A DNA stretch of 64,000 nt from an uncultured bacterium (GTDB taxonomy: Bacteria > Latescibacterota > UBA2968 > GCA-2709665): contig CAZKDZ010000203.1 of the NCBI GenBank assembly GCA_964551635.1, positions 6,712 to 70,711 of the forward strand. Reading direction: 5' to 3'. Position 1 is the first letter of the stretch. Every line of letters begins with the position of its first letter. The position numbers were made by a program, and so were the translations under genes. Positions 55,708-64,000 of this stretch are shown here, piece after piece. The notes under the pieces were generated by a model. That model was not told the origin of the DNA, made no database searches, and saw nothing but the letters and a program-made list of their open reading frames with translations.

Positions 55708-58686
55708 ATGTCAATTGCGAAAGAGCGAAGCCGGTTTGTCAGCGCGGCGATGCGGTCGAACGCGGTAGTGAATGCGGCGAAGCACGAATGGGCGCGCGAG
55801 CAGCAGGAACGCGCGGTTGCGGCTGCCGGCGAGTGGGTTGGCCGTTCGGACGATGCGCTATGGGAAATGGTTAGCGCGCAGGAACTGCCGCGGACGGTCT
55901 ACACGAACGAAGGCGTGACCTATAAGGGCCAGCAGCCATACTGCCCCGGCTGCGGCGAGGAGGCGCCGGCGAAATCGGGGCGCGAATGGTGGGAGTTCGA
56001 CGAAGCAAAACCGTGGAAGATCTGGTGCGAACACTGCAAGGAGGTCTATCCGAAAAACGACTTCGGGGCGTTCTACGTGACTGCCCTGGACGCGCACGGG
56101 ATGTTCAGGCGTGAGTTGGGCGACCGGTCGCTTCTCTTCAACGCCGACCACCCGGAACCGTCGGATCCTCTGCACGAACTCTACGTTGACGACGGATACG
56201 GGATGTTCGACGAACGGGGAAACCGTCACGACATGATCGCGTACTACAATTTCGAAGCGGTATGGCGACGGATACAGCGAGGGGTTGGCGCGCTTGCCGA
56301 AGCGTACTCGCTCACCGGCACTAAACGGTACGCCCACAAGGCCGGCGTGCTGCTGGACAGGATCGCCGACGTCTACCCGGAGATGGACTACCTGCCGCTG
56401 CACGAACTGGGATTTCAACACAGCCAGGGAGGCTCCGGAAGAGGCCGTATCGAAGGGTGCATCTGGGAGACCTTCGTCGCACAGAGTCTCGCCCGAAGCT
56501 ACGATCTCATATTTGACGGCATCCAGGACGACGATGATCTGGTGGCGTTCTGTTCGGACAAAGCCGGGCGATTCGACCTGGGGGACAAGAGCAGCATTGG
56601 CGCAATCTGCGGACATATTCAAGAACATCTGCTGCTGGAGGCGCTCGCATCGGTGAAGGATGGCCGGATCAGCGGCAATACGGGCATGAACCATTCCTCC
56701 CTTGCAACCGCGGCGATCGCATTGGACCACCCGGATTTGACTCCCGAGTGGCTGGACTGGCTGTTCGATCCAGGTTTTCCAGGGAAACACGCGGCTCAGA
56801 AGGACCCGGTGACCTGGGTGTTGACCGAGGGGCTCGACAGAGACGGCATGGGCGGCGAGTGCGGCGGCTACGGTCTCATCTGGACCCGCCACATGCGTCA
56901 ATTGGCGCAGATTCTGTCCATGTATCCTGAGTACACGAAACACAATCTCGTGGCGGATTACCCCAAGCTCAAGCAGGCATTTCTCGTGGAATCCCGGTTG
57001 AACGTGCTGGACGGCATGATGCCCAATACGGGTGACAGCGGCGCCGTGGGCGCATGGGGCAGGCAGGGCGATGCCGCGACCTATGCGCGGGCGTACAGGC
57101 TGTACGGGGACCCGCGTTTCGCATCGCTGGCCTGGCAGGAGCACGCCGATCACGGGTCCACGCTGCGTCTGGACGACGACATATTCCTGGAGGACCCGGA
57201 TGCGCTGATCCGGGAGATTCGGAAAGTCGGTCAACAGGGGGCGGGCACCCTTACGAGCGAACACTTCGGCCGGTACGGGCAGGCGCAGTTGCAGACGGGA
57301 GGTCCGAAAAACGGTCGCGCCGTGTTTATCCACTACGGGCAGGGAAAGGGTCACTCTCACCACGATTGCCTCAACCTGGGACTGCTGGCGAAAAACGTGG
57401 CGATGATTCCGGATCTCGGCTATCCGGAATATACCGGGACCTGGCCGAAACGGCACGCGTGGACGGCCAACACGATCAGTCACAATACGCTGCTCGTGGG
57501 AGATACCCGTTCGGCATACAGTCCGGGCGGGCAGATCGGATATTTCGGCGTTGAAGCCCCGTTGCGCGCCATCCAGGTGGATGCGCCCAACGCCTATGAG
57601 GGGATGCGAACCTACAGGCGTACGGTTGCGTTGTTGGACGTGGACGAGGACAACAGCTACGTACTGGACGTGTTCCGCGCGCGGGGCGGGGCCAACCACC
57701 GGTTGTCCTGGCACGGGGCCGCGGAAACCGCTCAGGCCGCCGGCGTTGAACTCGCCGGTCAGGACGGCGGCACCTTCGCGAGCCCGGGCGTTCCGTTCGC
57801 CACGCTGGAGGGCGAGAATGAGGACTTCTACAGGGAGAGCGGCTTCACGTACCTCTACGATGTTGCACGCTCGACAGGCGACGTACATCAACCTTACACC
57901 GTAGACTGGAAGATCGAAGATATCCACGGCCGGATCCCGGAGGGCAGCGAACCCCATCTCCGCCTCCACGCGCTCACGCCCTGTGACGAGGTCGCGCTGG
58001 CTACGGGAGACTCGCCCCGGCGGCTGCAGCGGCCCAGATATCTCATCCAAAGCAGGTTGGGAGAGGAAGTACAGAGCCGGTTCGTCAACGTCCTGGAACC
58101 CTATGAAAGCAATCCGTTTATCGTTCGGGTAAGCGAACTTGAGGTGACACACGGGGGAGATGCCTGCGCGGCGGCGGCCGTGGCCGTGGAACTGGCCGAC
58201 GGTCGCAGGGACATTCTGATCAGCTGCGAGGAGCCGATGGAAGTCGAGGTGGAAGGCGGGATCAGATTCAACGGGATGTTCGGAATGATCCGGCAGGCGG
58301 GCAATGAGGTTCGACTGATGAGAATGATCGGCGGCACGCGGCTCGCATCAGGGGCCATTGAACTGACGTCGGAACGGGCTGCCTGGCGCGGGAAGGTGGC
58401 GCGGATCGACGCGTCCGACCCCGCGAACAATCGGGTCGACCTGGATCCGCCTCTGCCGCGGGATGCAGACCTCGCCGGCCGCACCATCCACTTCCTTAAC
58501 GACCTGCCGATGGACACGAGCTACAGAATCGCGGCCGTCACGTCCAACGGGGTATCGACAGGCGACATTACAATTGTAAGGGGACTCAGGGAAGGTACCG
58601 ATCCCGCCAGCGGCTACACGTACCTTGTCAATCCGGGGGATGAATACGTCCTGCCGGCGATCACAGGGGTGGGAGCAAGCACCTGA
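55708..58686 (+). CDS. Heparinase II/III-like (polysaccharide lyase-type) protein
   Basis: The ATG at 55708 lies 8 nt after AAGGAG (tracked ORF from 55699). The C-terminal domain motif is GKGHSHHDCLNLGLLAKNVAMIPDLGYPEY...ISHNTLLVGD. Confidence 0.75.
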   Translation: MSIAKERSRFVSAAMRSNAVVNAAKHEWAREQQERAVAAAGEWVGRSDDALWEMVSAQELPRTVYTNEGVTYKGQQPYCPGCGEEAPAKSGREWWEFDEAKPWKIWCEHCKEVYPKNDFGAFYVTALDAHGMFRRELGDRSLLFNADHPEPSDPLHELYVDDGYGMFDERGNRHDMIAYYNFEAVWRRIQRGVGALAEAYSLTGTKRYAHKAGVLLDRIADVYPEMDYLPLHELGFQHSQGGSGRGRIEGCIWETFVAQSLARSYDLIFDGIQDDDDLVAFCSDKAGRFDLGDKSSIGAICGHIQEHLLLEALASVKDGRISGNTGMNHSSLATAAIALDHPDLTPEWLDWLFDPGFPGKHAAQKDPVTWVLTEGLDRDGMGGECGGYGLIWTRHMRQLAQILSMYPEYTKHNLVADYPKLKQAFLVESRLNVLDGMMPNTGDSGAVGAWGRQGDAATYARAYRLYGDPRFASLAWQEHADHGSTLRLDDDIFLEDPDALIREIRKVGQQGAGTLTSEHFGRYGQAQLQTGGPKNGRAVFIHYGQGKGHSHHDCLNLGLLAKNVAMIPDLGYPEYTGTWPKRHAWTANTISHNTLLVGDTRSAYSPGGQIGYFGVEAPLRAIQVDAPNAYEGMRTYRRTVALLDVDEDNSYVLDVFRARGGANHRLSWHGAAETAQAAGVELAGQDGGTFASPGVPFATLEGENEDFYRESGFTYLYDVARSTGDVHQPYTVDWKIEDIHGRIPEGSEPHLRLHALTPCDEVALATGDSPRRLQRPRYLIQSRLGEEVQSRFVNVLEPYESNPFIVRVSELEVTHGGDACAAAAVAVELADGRRDILISCEEPMEVEVEGGIRFNGMFGMIRQAGNEVRLMRMIGGTRLASGAIELTSERAAWRGKVARIDASDPANNRVDLDPPLPRDADLAGRTIHFLNDLPMDTSYRIAAVTSNGVSTGDITIVRGLREGTDPASGYTYLVNPGDEYVLPAITGVGAST

Positions 58687-58691
58687 AATTA

Positions 58692-59216
58692 TCTCACACG
58701 AAGACACAAAGACACGAAGGCACAAAGGAAAGCCGGGCGACCACAAGGGTCGCCCCTACAAATTCAATGACGGCGTAACGAGACCTATCTCCCCTGCCCA
58801 CTCGGATGGAGCTATCCGCCGTCAGCAACGACGAAAACAAGACACAAAAACCCCTTTTCCCCAAATTCCCTGCCTACGGCGTGTTCCTTTTGAAGCGACC
58901 AAAAGGAACCAAAAGTCGCCGCTGGGCGCGGGGCCTGCCACAGGCATGGCGCGAATACCTTCTCAGTACTCACCTGATACGACGGCCTACCAACCCTGGA
59001 GGTTACCGTAAATCGTTGCTGAACGGAACAACGCGCCCTGCTCTGGAAATGCTCGCGAGTAACTTCGCGCACGAAAACCTAATGCGTCTCTGTTAGTGAG
59101 CGATATGGTCTAACGAGGTCTATCGGCGATGTCCGCAAAGTACCTATCGAGACACCAAACGTTCCCCCTCGCCTGCATTTCTTCGTGCCTTTGTGGCTCT
59201 GTGCCTTTGTGTGAGA
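58692..59216. repeat. About 525-bp non-coding segment bounded by inverted arrays of an 8-nt unit (RAAGRCAC)
   Basis: The left end is tctcacac-gaagacac-aaagacac-gaaggcac-aaagg (58692..58728). The reverse complement of the right end (59181..59216) is tctcacac-aaaggcac-agagccac-aaaggcac-gaag. Internal hairpins include gggcgacc-acaa-gggtcgccc and gttcctttt...aaaaggaac. Confidence 0.55.
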
Positions 59217-59318
59217 CAAGGTTCCGCTACGGCACCAGGTGAAGGATGTGACCGGCGAAGGTGTCCATTCTCCGTATTACTACCTTCCCGACGTCGAGGT
59301 CCGTGGCGGGTCTCAACT

Positions 59319-60311
59319 CTAAGCCGAATACGACAACTCCATCCCGTCTTCGACGTCCACCGTAATTCGCAGAACGCAGGGGCCGACCAGGGTAGCAGGC
59401 ACGGGTTGGCTGTTAACGTGGACGCGGGGATACCGGCACCACGCCGCGGGTACGTCCGCGTCCAGGGTGAGCGCCCGGCACGTGACCCGGTCGGACAACC
59501 CGTCCAGGTTCAGGCGATAGCGCTTTTCGTCGGCGGTATCGGCAAGGGCGGTTACCGTGGCGTGGCGTCGGGTGAGATGGTAGAAGATGGCTTCCTCGGG
59601 CACGGCGCACCACACATCCTCACCGCCTTCCTCGACGACGGCTGCGAAACGGCGCCGAAGCTGGTCCGCGGTGCAGTCCTTGTTTCGATGGACCGCCTCG
59701 TCCAGCGGGCAGTGGCAATAATCGATGATCCATCCGCTGTCCGCCTGTGCGTGGCGTATGTTTCTGTACGGATCGAACTCGCTGTAGAAGGGCTCGTAGA
59801 ACTGGTCATGCAGGGCCGTTCGGTTCAGCCAGAAGAGTTCGTCTCCGGGCCGGTTGAGCGCATCCGTCAGGCTCATCGCGCCCAGGTAGCCGTACTGGCG
59901 GCAGGCTTCCAGGACATGATCGGCCATGTTCGTGTTGTTTCCCGGCGAGCAATAGAGATCCACGGGACCGTCGATGGCGTCCTCCAGTACCTCCTTTGCT
60001 TCCCGCAACTCCCGGTCTACCATATCCGGCCGGATTACTTCGTGGCTCCAGGAATGGTTGCCCACACCCCAGCCGCGGTCGACCATCTCCTTCATTTCCT
60101 TACCGGTCATATGCCGGAAACCGTTGTAGCTGGAAGCGCCGAGTCGCCGGACTTCGCCAATGTGGCCCGCGACCGCCTCCATGTGTCCCGGTATGCCGAA
60201 CGCTTCATGGATCGGCACCGCGCGTTCATGCAATTCGATCAGGGCTTCGTCGTACGTGATGGAATAGACCCATTTCTTTCCGTGTTTCCAGTCACAGATT
60301 TTGATTGCCAT
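59319..60311 (-). CDS. Polysaccharide deacetylase (NodB homology) family protein
   Basis: The likely start is MAIKICDW at 60311 within the tracked ORF 59319..60491. Motifs include YSITYDEA and GVGNHSWSHE. Confidence 0.75.
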   Translation of the reverse strand: MAIKICDWKHGKKWVYSITYDEALIELHERAVPIHEAFGIPGHMEAVAGHIGEVRRLGASSYNGFRHMTGKEMKEMVDRGWGVGNHSWSHEVIRPDMVDRELREAKEVLEDAIDGPVDLYCSPGNNTNMADHVLEACRQYGYLGAMSLTDALNRPGDELFWLNRTALHDQFYEPFYSEFDPYRNIRHAQADSGWIIDYCHCPLDEAVHRNKDCTADQLRRRFAAVVEEGGEDVWCAVPEEAIFYHLTRRHATVTALADTADEKRYRLNLDGLSDRVTCRALTLDADVPAAWCRYPRVHVNSQPVPATLVGPCVLRITVDVEDGMELSYSA

Positions 60312-60424
60312 TGATTCACCCTTTCTCAGGCTTACCGGCCTGCTTTCCCCCGTTCCGGCCAGGCAATGATGCAGAGCTCGAATGACGCTATAGCGATACC
60401 GCGGCCCACCATTTGTCATACCGA

Positions 60425-61198
60425 CTAACTCGGTCCCGAATTCACGGCCTCCATGAACGCCTCGAACGTGGTGCTGAACCCGATCTTCCATTCGAATATG
60501 TGGATGCCGTAGCGCGTGGCAAGCCGCTCGTCAAATGTATCCGGACGTTCCACGCCCACGGTCCCGTCGCGCATCAATATACAGCGGTACCCGCGTGCGA
60601 GCATCGCCTGCCCGCCGCCTTCGGAGCCCAGAACGCACATATCGGCCGCGAAACCCGTGTAGATGAGGGTGTCGACGTCGTTGTCTTTCAGATACGCGTC
60701 CAGGACGTCGGTGTAAAAGACCATGGGCTCGTCGCCGACGGGCGACACGATTTCCGCCCTGCGCATCTTCGCGAGCGGGGAGTGCTTCATATAGTCGGGA
60801 CCGTGGGCGCGGTCCAGCATTTCCTTCTGGCGGCCCGCGGGTTTCCAGACGTTCGTCCTGTCCCGCCTGGACGGGATGTGCGGGTATTGTTCGTCCATCC
60901 AGTCCGCTTCCACGTGCACCACGGGAAGCCCGATCGCCCGCGCCGCATCCATGGCCGGGCGCATCACGTCGCACATGATGCGGTATCCTTCGGCGGTGGC
61001 CTCGGGCCAGCCCAGGTCCACGCAGTAGTCCATGTTCAGGGGAGGACCGTCCGGGCAACCGATATTCCAGCAGTGCATGCCGATGAGCGCCGTTCGCCGG
61101 ACGGGAAGCTCGAACCTGACCGACTCGTACCCGGGGCTGTCGATCGGCAGAGCGCGATAGTAGCGCGCATCCAGATGGATCGTTGCGGAATCGGACAT
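60425..61198 (-). CDS. Isochorismatase-like cysteine hydrolase
   Basis: 257-aa ORF with ALIGMHCWN, LPVVHV and the catalytic-Cys region YTGFAADMCV. Confidence 0.75.
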   Translation of the reverse strand: MSDSATIHLDARYYRALPIDSPGYESVRFELPVRRTALIGMHCWNIGCPDGPPLNMDYCVDLGWPEATAEGYRIMCDVMRPAMDAARAIGLPVVHVEADWMDEQYPHIPSRRDRTNVWKPAGRQKEMLDRAHGPDYMKHSPLAKMRRAEIVSPVGDEPMVFYTDVLDAYLKDNDVDTLIYTGFAADMCVLGSEGGGQAMLARGYRCILMRDGTVGVERPDTFDERLATRYGIHIFEWKIGFSTTFEAFMEAVNSGPS

Positions 61199-61255
61199 CG
61201 CAATCGCCTTTCAGGTGCGTCGACGAAAAGGGAGGGAGGGACCGGATACGCCGGC

Positions 61256-63127
61256 TCAACGCATCGGTCCACGGCCGTCGATCAGAATGTCTACGGGATG
61301 GGAAAGCAGGACGAGGTCTTCGATATCAAACTGCTTGAGCAGGCCGAAACAGAACAAAACCGGTTCCTGTGTGTAGTCCACGTTCCAGTCGATGAGCCTG
61401 CGTAGGGTATCGGGCAGGTTTGCGCTCAATGCGTCGATGCCCCTGGGCTTCAGGGCCGCCGCGCACAGGGCGATCAGGCCGGTGGAGAGACCCTGCGTGT
61501 TGATGCTGAGGGAATCCCCGCCGGTGGTGGACCCGATCCAACGCCGGAGGGCCAGCAACTGGCCCGTACAGATGCCCAGCGGACGGTCTCCGGCGGCGGC
61601 GATGCACTCCATAAACAGGTAGTGATAGTCGCCGCCCGCGATAACCTGTTCGCCAAATGCCAGCAGGTCGGCTACGAAAACGCGTTTCCCGGCCTCGACC
61701 GCGTTCTTTACAGCCCTCGCCGCGCCGGCCCGGCCGTTTTCCGGGAGTATGAGAAGAACGTCGCTCGAGTCCACGGAGTCGAATTCGGTGACGGGGACAT
61801 TCCAGCGGTCGATTTTCAGTAGATGGTGCGAGATGCTCACACCCGCCAGCGTTCGTGCCTTGAGGGCCGGTCGCGATTCCACCGTGTACGCGGACGGCAG
61901 GCGCAGGACCCTCGAAAGACGTCTTCGGTCCCGTTGCCTTGAACTGGCGGTCGATCGTTTCACGGGCAGGCGCCCGGCGAGATCGGCGGCGATCGAAAGG
62001 AACGTGGGGTTGTCCGGCGGCAGCCCTACGTTGAGTTCCCATTCCGTGCGGATTTCGTCGTCGCACGGGATGTCCTCGGTGGAGATGTCCAGGTCCCAGG
62101 CATTCTTCAGGAATTTGTAGAGTTGCTCGCGGATGTCTCTCTCATAGTTATGGGTGCCCGGGTCTTTGTTGGCGTAAAAGCCGATGCGTTCGGCAACGCC
62201 GAGCTTCCCGTATACCTTTCGAGCGGGTGAATAAAGGGCGGGCCGCATGAATTCCGGGCGAAAAATACCGTCGTTGACGCTGTGAACAAGCAGCGCCGGA
62301 CGGGGCGCGAACATCGCCGTGAGGGTATCGTAGTCGGCCACGGTGCACAGATCCACGGGTGTCTGCTCCAGGTCGCCGTGGTCCTGCCACCGCCTGGTCG
62401 CGCGATGCCAGATCGGGGAGTGCCCCGAAACCGGCACGGAGACGCCGATGCGTTCATCGATTGCGGTGAGCACCGCCGTCTGCCACCCGCCGCCAGAGAG
62501 ACCGGTCATGGCCACCCTGTCCGGGTCGGCGTGTTCGTGGGCCAGCAGAACGTCCAGGCCGCGGTTCATGGCCAGGTACATGGCGCTGACACCGGCAACG
62601 CCGCACAGGTCGATATGCGCCTGCTGCATATGGTTGAGCGAGCCCTGGAGTTCGCCCATGCCAATGAATTCGAAGTTCAGGGCGAGCATGCCGCGTCTGG
62701 CCAGGTTGATACACCGCGCCTGCTTGTAGTCCATGGCCTTGCCGCCCCGATGGTGACCGTTGGGATTGAGTACGACAGGCGCCCTTCCCCGCAGATTCTC
62801 GGGCTCGTACAGCAGCGCGGGAATCCGCATGCCCGGATACCCTTCATAATGGCATTTCCGGATGCGGTACCCGTTGCCCTTGAGGACGCCCTTCCACCGG
62901 ACGTCCGGCGGGCGATCGTTGACACCCGGCTCGAGTCCGGTCAGATAGACCTTCTTCAGGAGGTCCCGGCGAATCCCGGCAGTCCGCTTCTTCCATTCCG
63001 CTGGGGACCCGGGCGGTTTCAGGCGCGGCAGCTTTTCCGCATAGTAATCCATCATGATGCGGGTATGCCGGTTTCGCAGAAGCTTGCGCGAAAGCGCGTG
63101 CGCGATCTGGCTGGACGTGAGAGACAT
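61256..63127 (-). CDS. Alpha/beta hydrolase (acetyl-xylan-esterase/dienelactone-hydrolase-like) with a C-terminal extension
   Basis: 623-aa ORF with the nucleophile elbow MTGLSGGGWQT. Confidence 0.7.
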   Translation of the reverse strand: MSLTSSQIAHALSRKLLRNRHTRIMMDYYAEKLPRLKPPGSPAEWKKRTAGIRRDLLKKVYLTGLEPGVNDRPPDVRWKGVLKGNGYRIRKCHYEGYPGMRIPALLYEPENLRGRAPVVLNPNGHHRGGKAMDYKQARCINLARRGMLALNFEFIGMGELQGSLNHMQQAHIDLCGVAGVSAMYLAMNRGLDVLLAHEHADPDRVAMTGLSGGGWQTAVLTAIDERIGVSVPVSGHSPIWHRATRRWQDHGDLEQTPVDLCTVADYDTLTAMFAPRPALLVHSVNDGIFRPEFMRPALYSPARKVYGKLGVAERIGFYANKDPGTHNYERDIREQLYKFLKNAWDLDISTEDIPCDDEIRTEWELNVGLPPDNPTFLSIAADLAGRLPVKRSTASSRQRDRRRLSRVLRLPSAYTVESRPALKARTLAGVSISHHLLKIDRWNVPVTEFDSVDSSDVLLILPENGRAGAARAVKNAVEAGKRVFVADLLAFGEQVIAGGDYHYLFMECIAAAGDRPLGICTGQLLALRRWIGSTTGGDSLSINTQGLSTGLIALCAAALKPRGIDALSANLPDTLRRLIDWNVDYTQEPVLFCFGLLKQFDIEDLVLLSHPVDILIDGRGPMR

Positions 63128-63173
63128 GGAGAGGGTTCCGGGGAGACCGGCGCGAGGGATTCCGGCGCGCGGG

Positions 63174-64000
63174 TCAGTTCAGGGAATAGGTCTCATACGG
63201 GTTCTGACAGGGGTTGTTCCTGCTCACGTGCATGCGGCCTGCATCGGTTTCGATGATCACGGAGAATGCGGTCGCCCAGTACCCGGTTGTGGGATGATCG
63301 TTGGGATGGCGGCAGATGGAGGTGGGATGGTCTTCATGATCGCTCAGTGCGGTCTTCAGGCTCTCGATTGCAAAGGGCCGTTCCATTTCATTGAAGAGTT
63401 TCTGGATCCGGACCTTTCGGCCGCCCGACTGGATGAGTTCGGGGAAGACGTCGTTGTTGTGTACCAGTTCCGGGTGCTCGCAGTGGTTGGTATGGGTCAC
63501 CAGGCCCACGGCGTCGTCCCGGATCACGTGTACGTTTTCCAGGGTCACCTCCAGGTCCGCCGGCCCCTGCGGCGTTGAGAGGATGATGTTGGCGGGGATG
63601 GCGCGGTGCGCCCTTCGCACGGCCTGCACGGCGTCATCAAGAGTGCCGGTCTCGTAGATACCGCGGACCGTGAAATAGTGCGGCACGCCCACCCGTCGGG
63701 AGGGCGCGGGCAGGGTGTTCAGGCAAAGTCCGATCCCCTCGCTGTTCAGGCCGATGTAGGCGATGATGCCGGCCTGGGTGACGTTCAGGACGGCGGGCCT
63801 GCCTTCAGGGCGGCGGGTGAGAACGATCGTAAAGGGGTTGAGGCCCGGGTCGTTGTCCCAGTTCTGGCCCACGATGTTGCCCGTTCCGGTGGGCGTGGTG
63901 AGAGAAAAGGAAGTGCAGCCCGAATCCGCTTCCGCATGAAGCTGATTGCGGACCTGGAGCATCATGAGATCGTCCAGCGGGACACCCGAGGACTCGGATG
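63174..64000 (-). CDS. C45-family peptidase / acyl-CoA:6-APA acyltransferase-like Ntn hydrolase (probably continues past the right edge)
   Basis: The motifs are SGCTSFSL and GQNWDN. The frame upstream of the first ATG (63965) stays open to the window end. Confidence 0.7.
   Translation of the reverse strand, partial: SESSGVPLDDLMMLQVRNQLHAEADSGCTSFSLTTPTGTGNIVGQNWDNDPGLNPFTIVLTRRPEGRPAVLNVTQAGIIAYIGLNSEGIGLCLNTLPAPSRRVGVPHYFTVRGIYETGTLDDAVQAVRRAHRAIPANIILSTPQGPADLEVTLENVHVIRDDAVGLVTHTNHCEHPELVHNNDVFPELIQSGGRKVRIQKLFNEMERPFAIESLKTALSDHEDHPTSICRHPNDHPTTGYWATAFSVIIETDAGRMHVSRNNPCQNPYETYSLN

Noticed and set aside
55858-58152. Very long antisense ORFs in the G+C-rich half. Examples: 764 aa at 55858..58152 (-), 445 aa at 20888..22225 (+), 378 aa at 26710..27846 (-), 430 aa at 31476..32768 (-) and 441 aa at 33094..34419 (-). 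Further examples: 378 aa at 38576..39712 (-), 388 aa at 49210..50376 (-), 373 aa at 59193..60314 (+), 330 aa at 60413..61405 (+) and 324 aa at 62282..63256 (+).
   Set aside because: Each lies opposite a gene with unmistakable family motifs (heparinase, adh/GNAT, nuoG, nuoL, nuoM, mrpD, atpD, deacetylase, isochorismatase, hydrolase). Their translations are Arg/Pro/Gly-rich low-complexity sequence typical of stop-poor shadow frames in high-G+C DNA.
58722-58760. aggaaagccgggcgacc resembles the RNase P RNA P4 motif GGAAAGUCCGGGC.
   Set aside because: The motif is imperfect and none of the other conserved RNase P regions are present nearby.
58812-58860. Peptide ...SNDENKTQK... is reminiscent of a tmRNA tag (ANDEN...).
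   Set aside because: There is no tRNA-like 5'/3' ends, no resume-codon context and no hydrophobic LAA-type tag end followed by a stop.

Overview
The window has two parts. (A) 1 to ~20.4 kb is visibly lower in G+C and almost entirely minus-strand. It is a defence island built around one type I R-M system: hsdM 17644..20085, hsdS 12692..14059, hsdR 3834..6980, plus a YgjP/M48 peptidase. The three hsd genes are separated by at least eight cargo genes. The most interesting cargo is a translationally coupled pair directly downstream of hsdM. It consists of a 2-TM protein with a beta-rich tail resembling the CBASS effector Cap15 (16841..17587) and a 578-aa protein whose C-terminus is collinear with the diadenylate-cyclase (DisA_N/DAC) fold (15101..16837). 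I read this as a candidate cyclic-nucleotide abortive-infection module in which a DAC-like enzyme takes the place of a CD-NTase. Other cargo comprises an AKR-like TIM-barrel protein, a broken RloC/PrrC-like AAA13 ATPase, a 168-aa + DUF1828-like pair, and a protein with a nucleoside 2-deoxyribosyltransferase/TIR-like C-terminus. At the far left lies an AAA15 ATPase + DUF4276 (Toprim-like) pair next to a second diverged copy of the DUF1828-like gene. (B) ~20.5 to 64 kb is G+C-rich core genome. It holds a Zn-ADH and a GNAT, then a nuo operon (A, fused CD, E, F, G, H, J, K, L, M ... N). This operon has no nuoB or nuoI and carries a complete Mbh/Mrp-ordered antiporter gene set between nuoM and nuoN. 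Next come a complete F-type ATP synthase operon (with a ~240-bp inverted-repeat insertion between atpG and atpD) and an nfsA-like nitroreductase. A small lower-G+C toxin-antitoxin islet follows (MNT/HEPN, truncated Fic, intact Fic, MNT with an internally deleted HepT). The window ends with carbohydrate-active and hydrolase genes (heparinase II/III-like, NodB deacetylase, isochorismatase-like, alpha/beta hydrolase, C45 peptidase). No rRNA, tRNA or CRISPR array was seen. All family assignments come from motifs read by eye and from memory of the families; no searches were run, and start codons are often uncertain.
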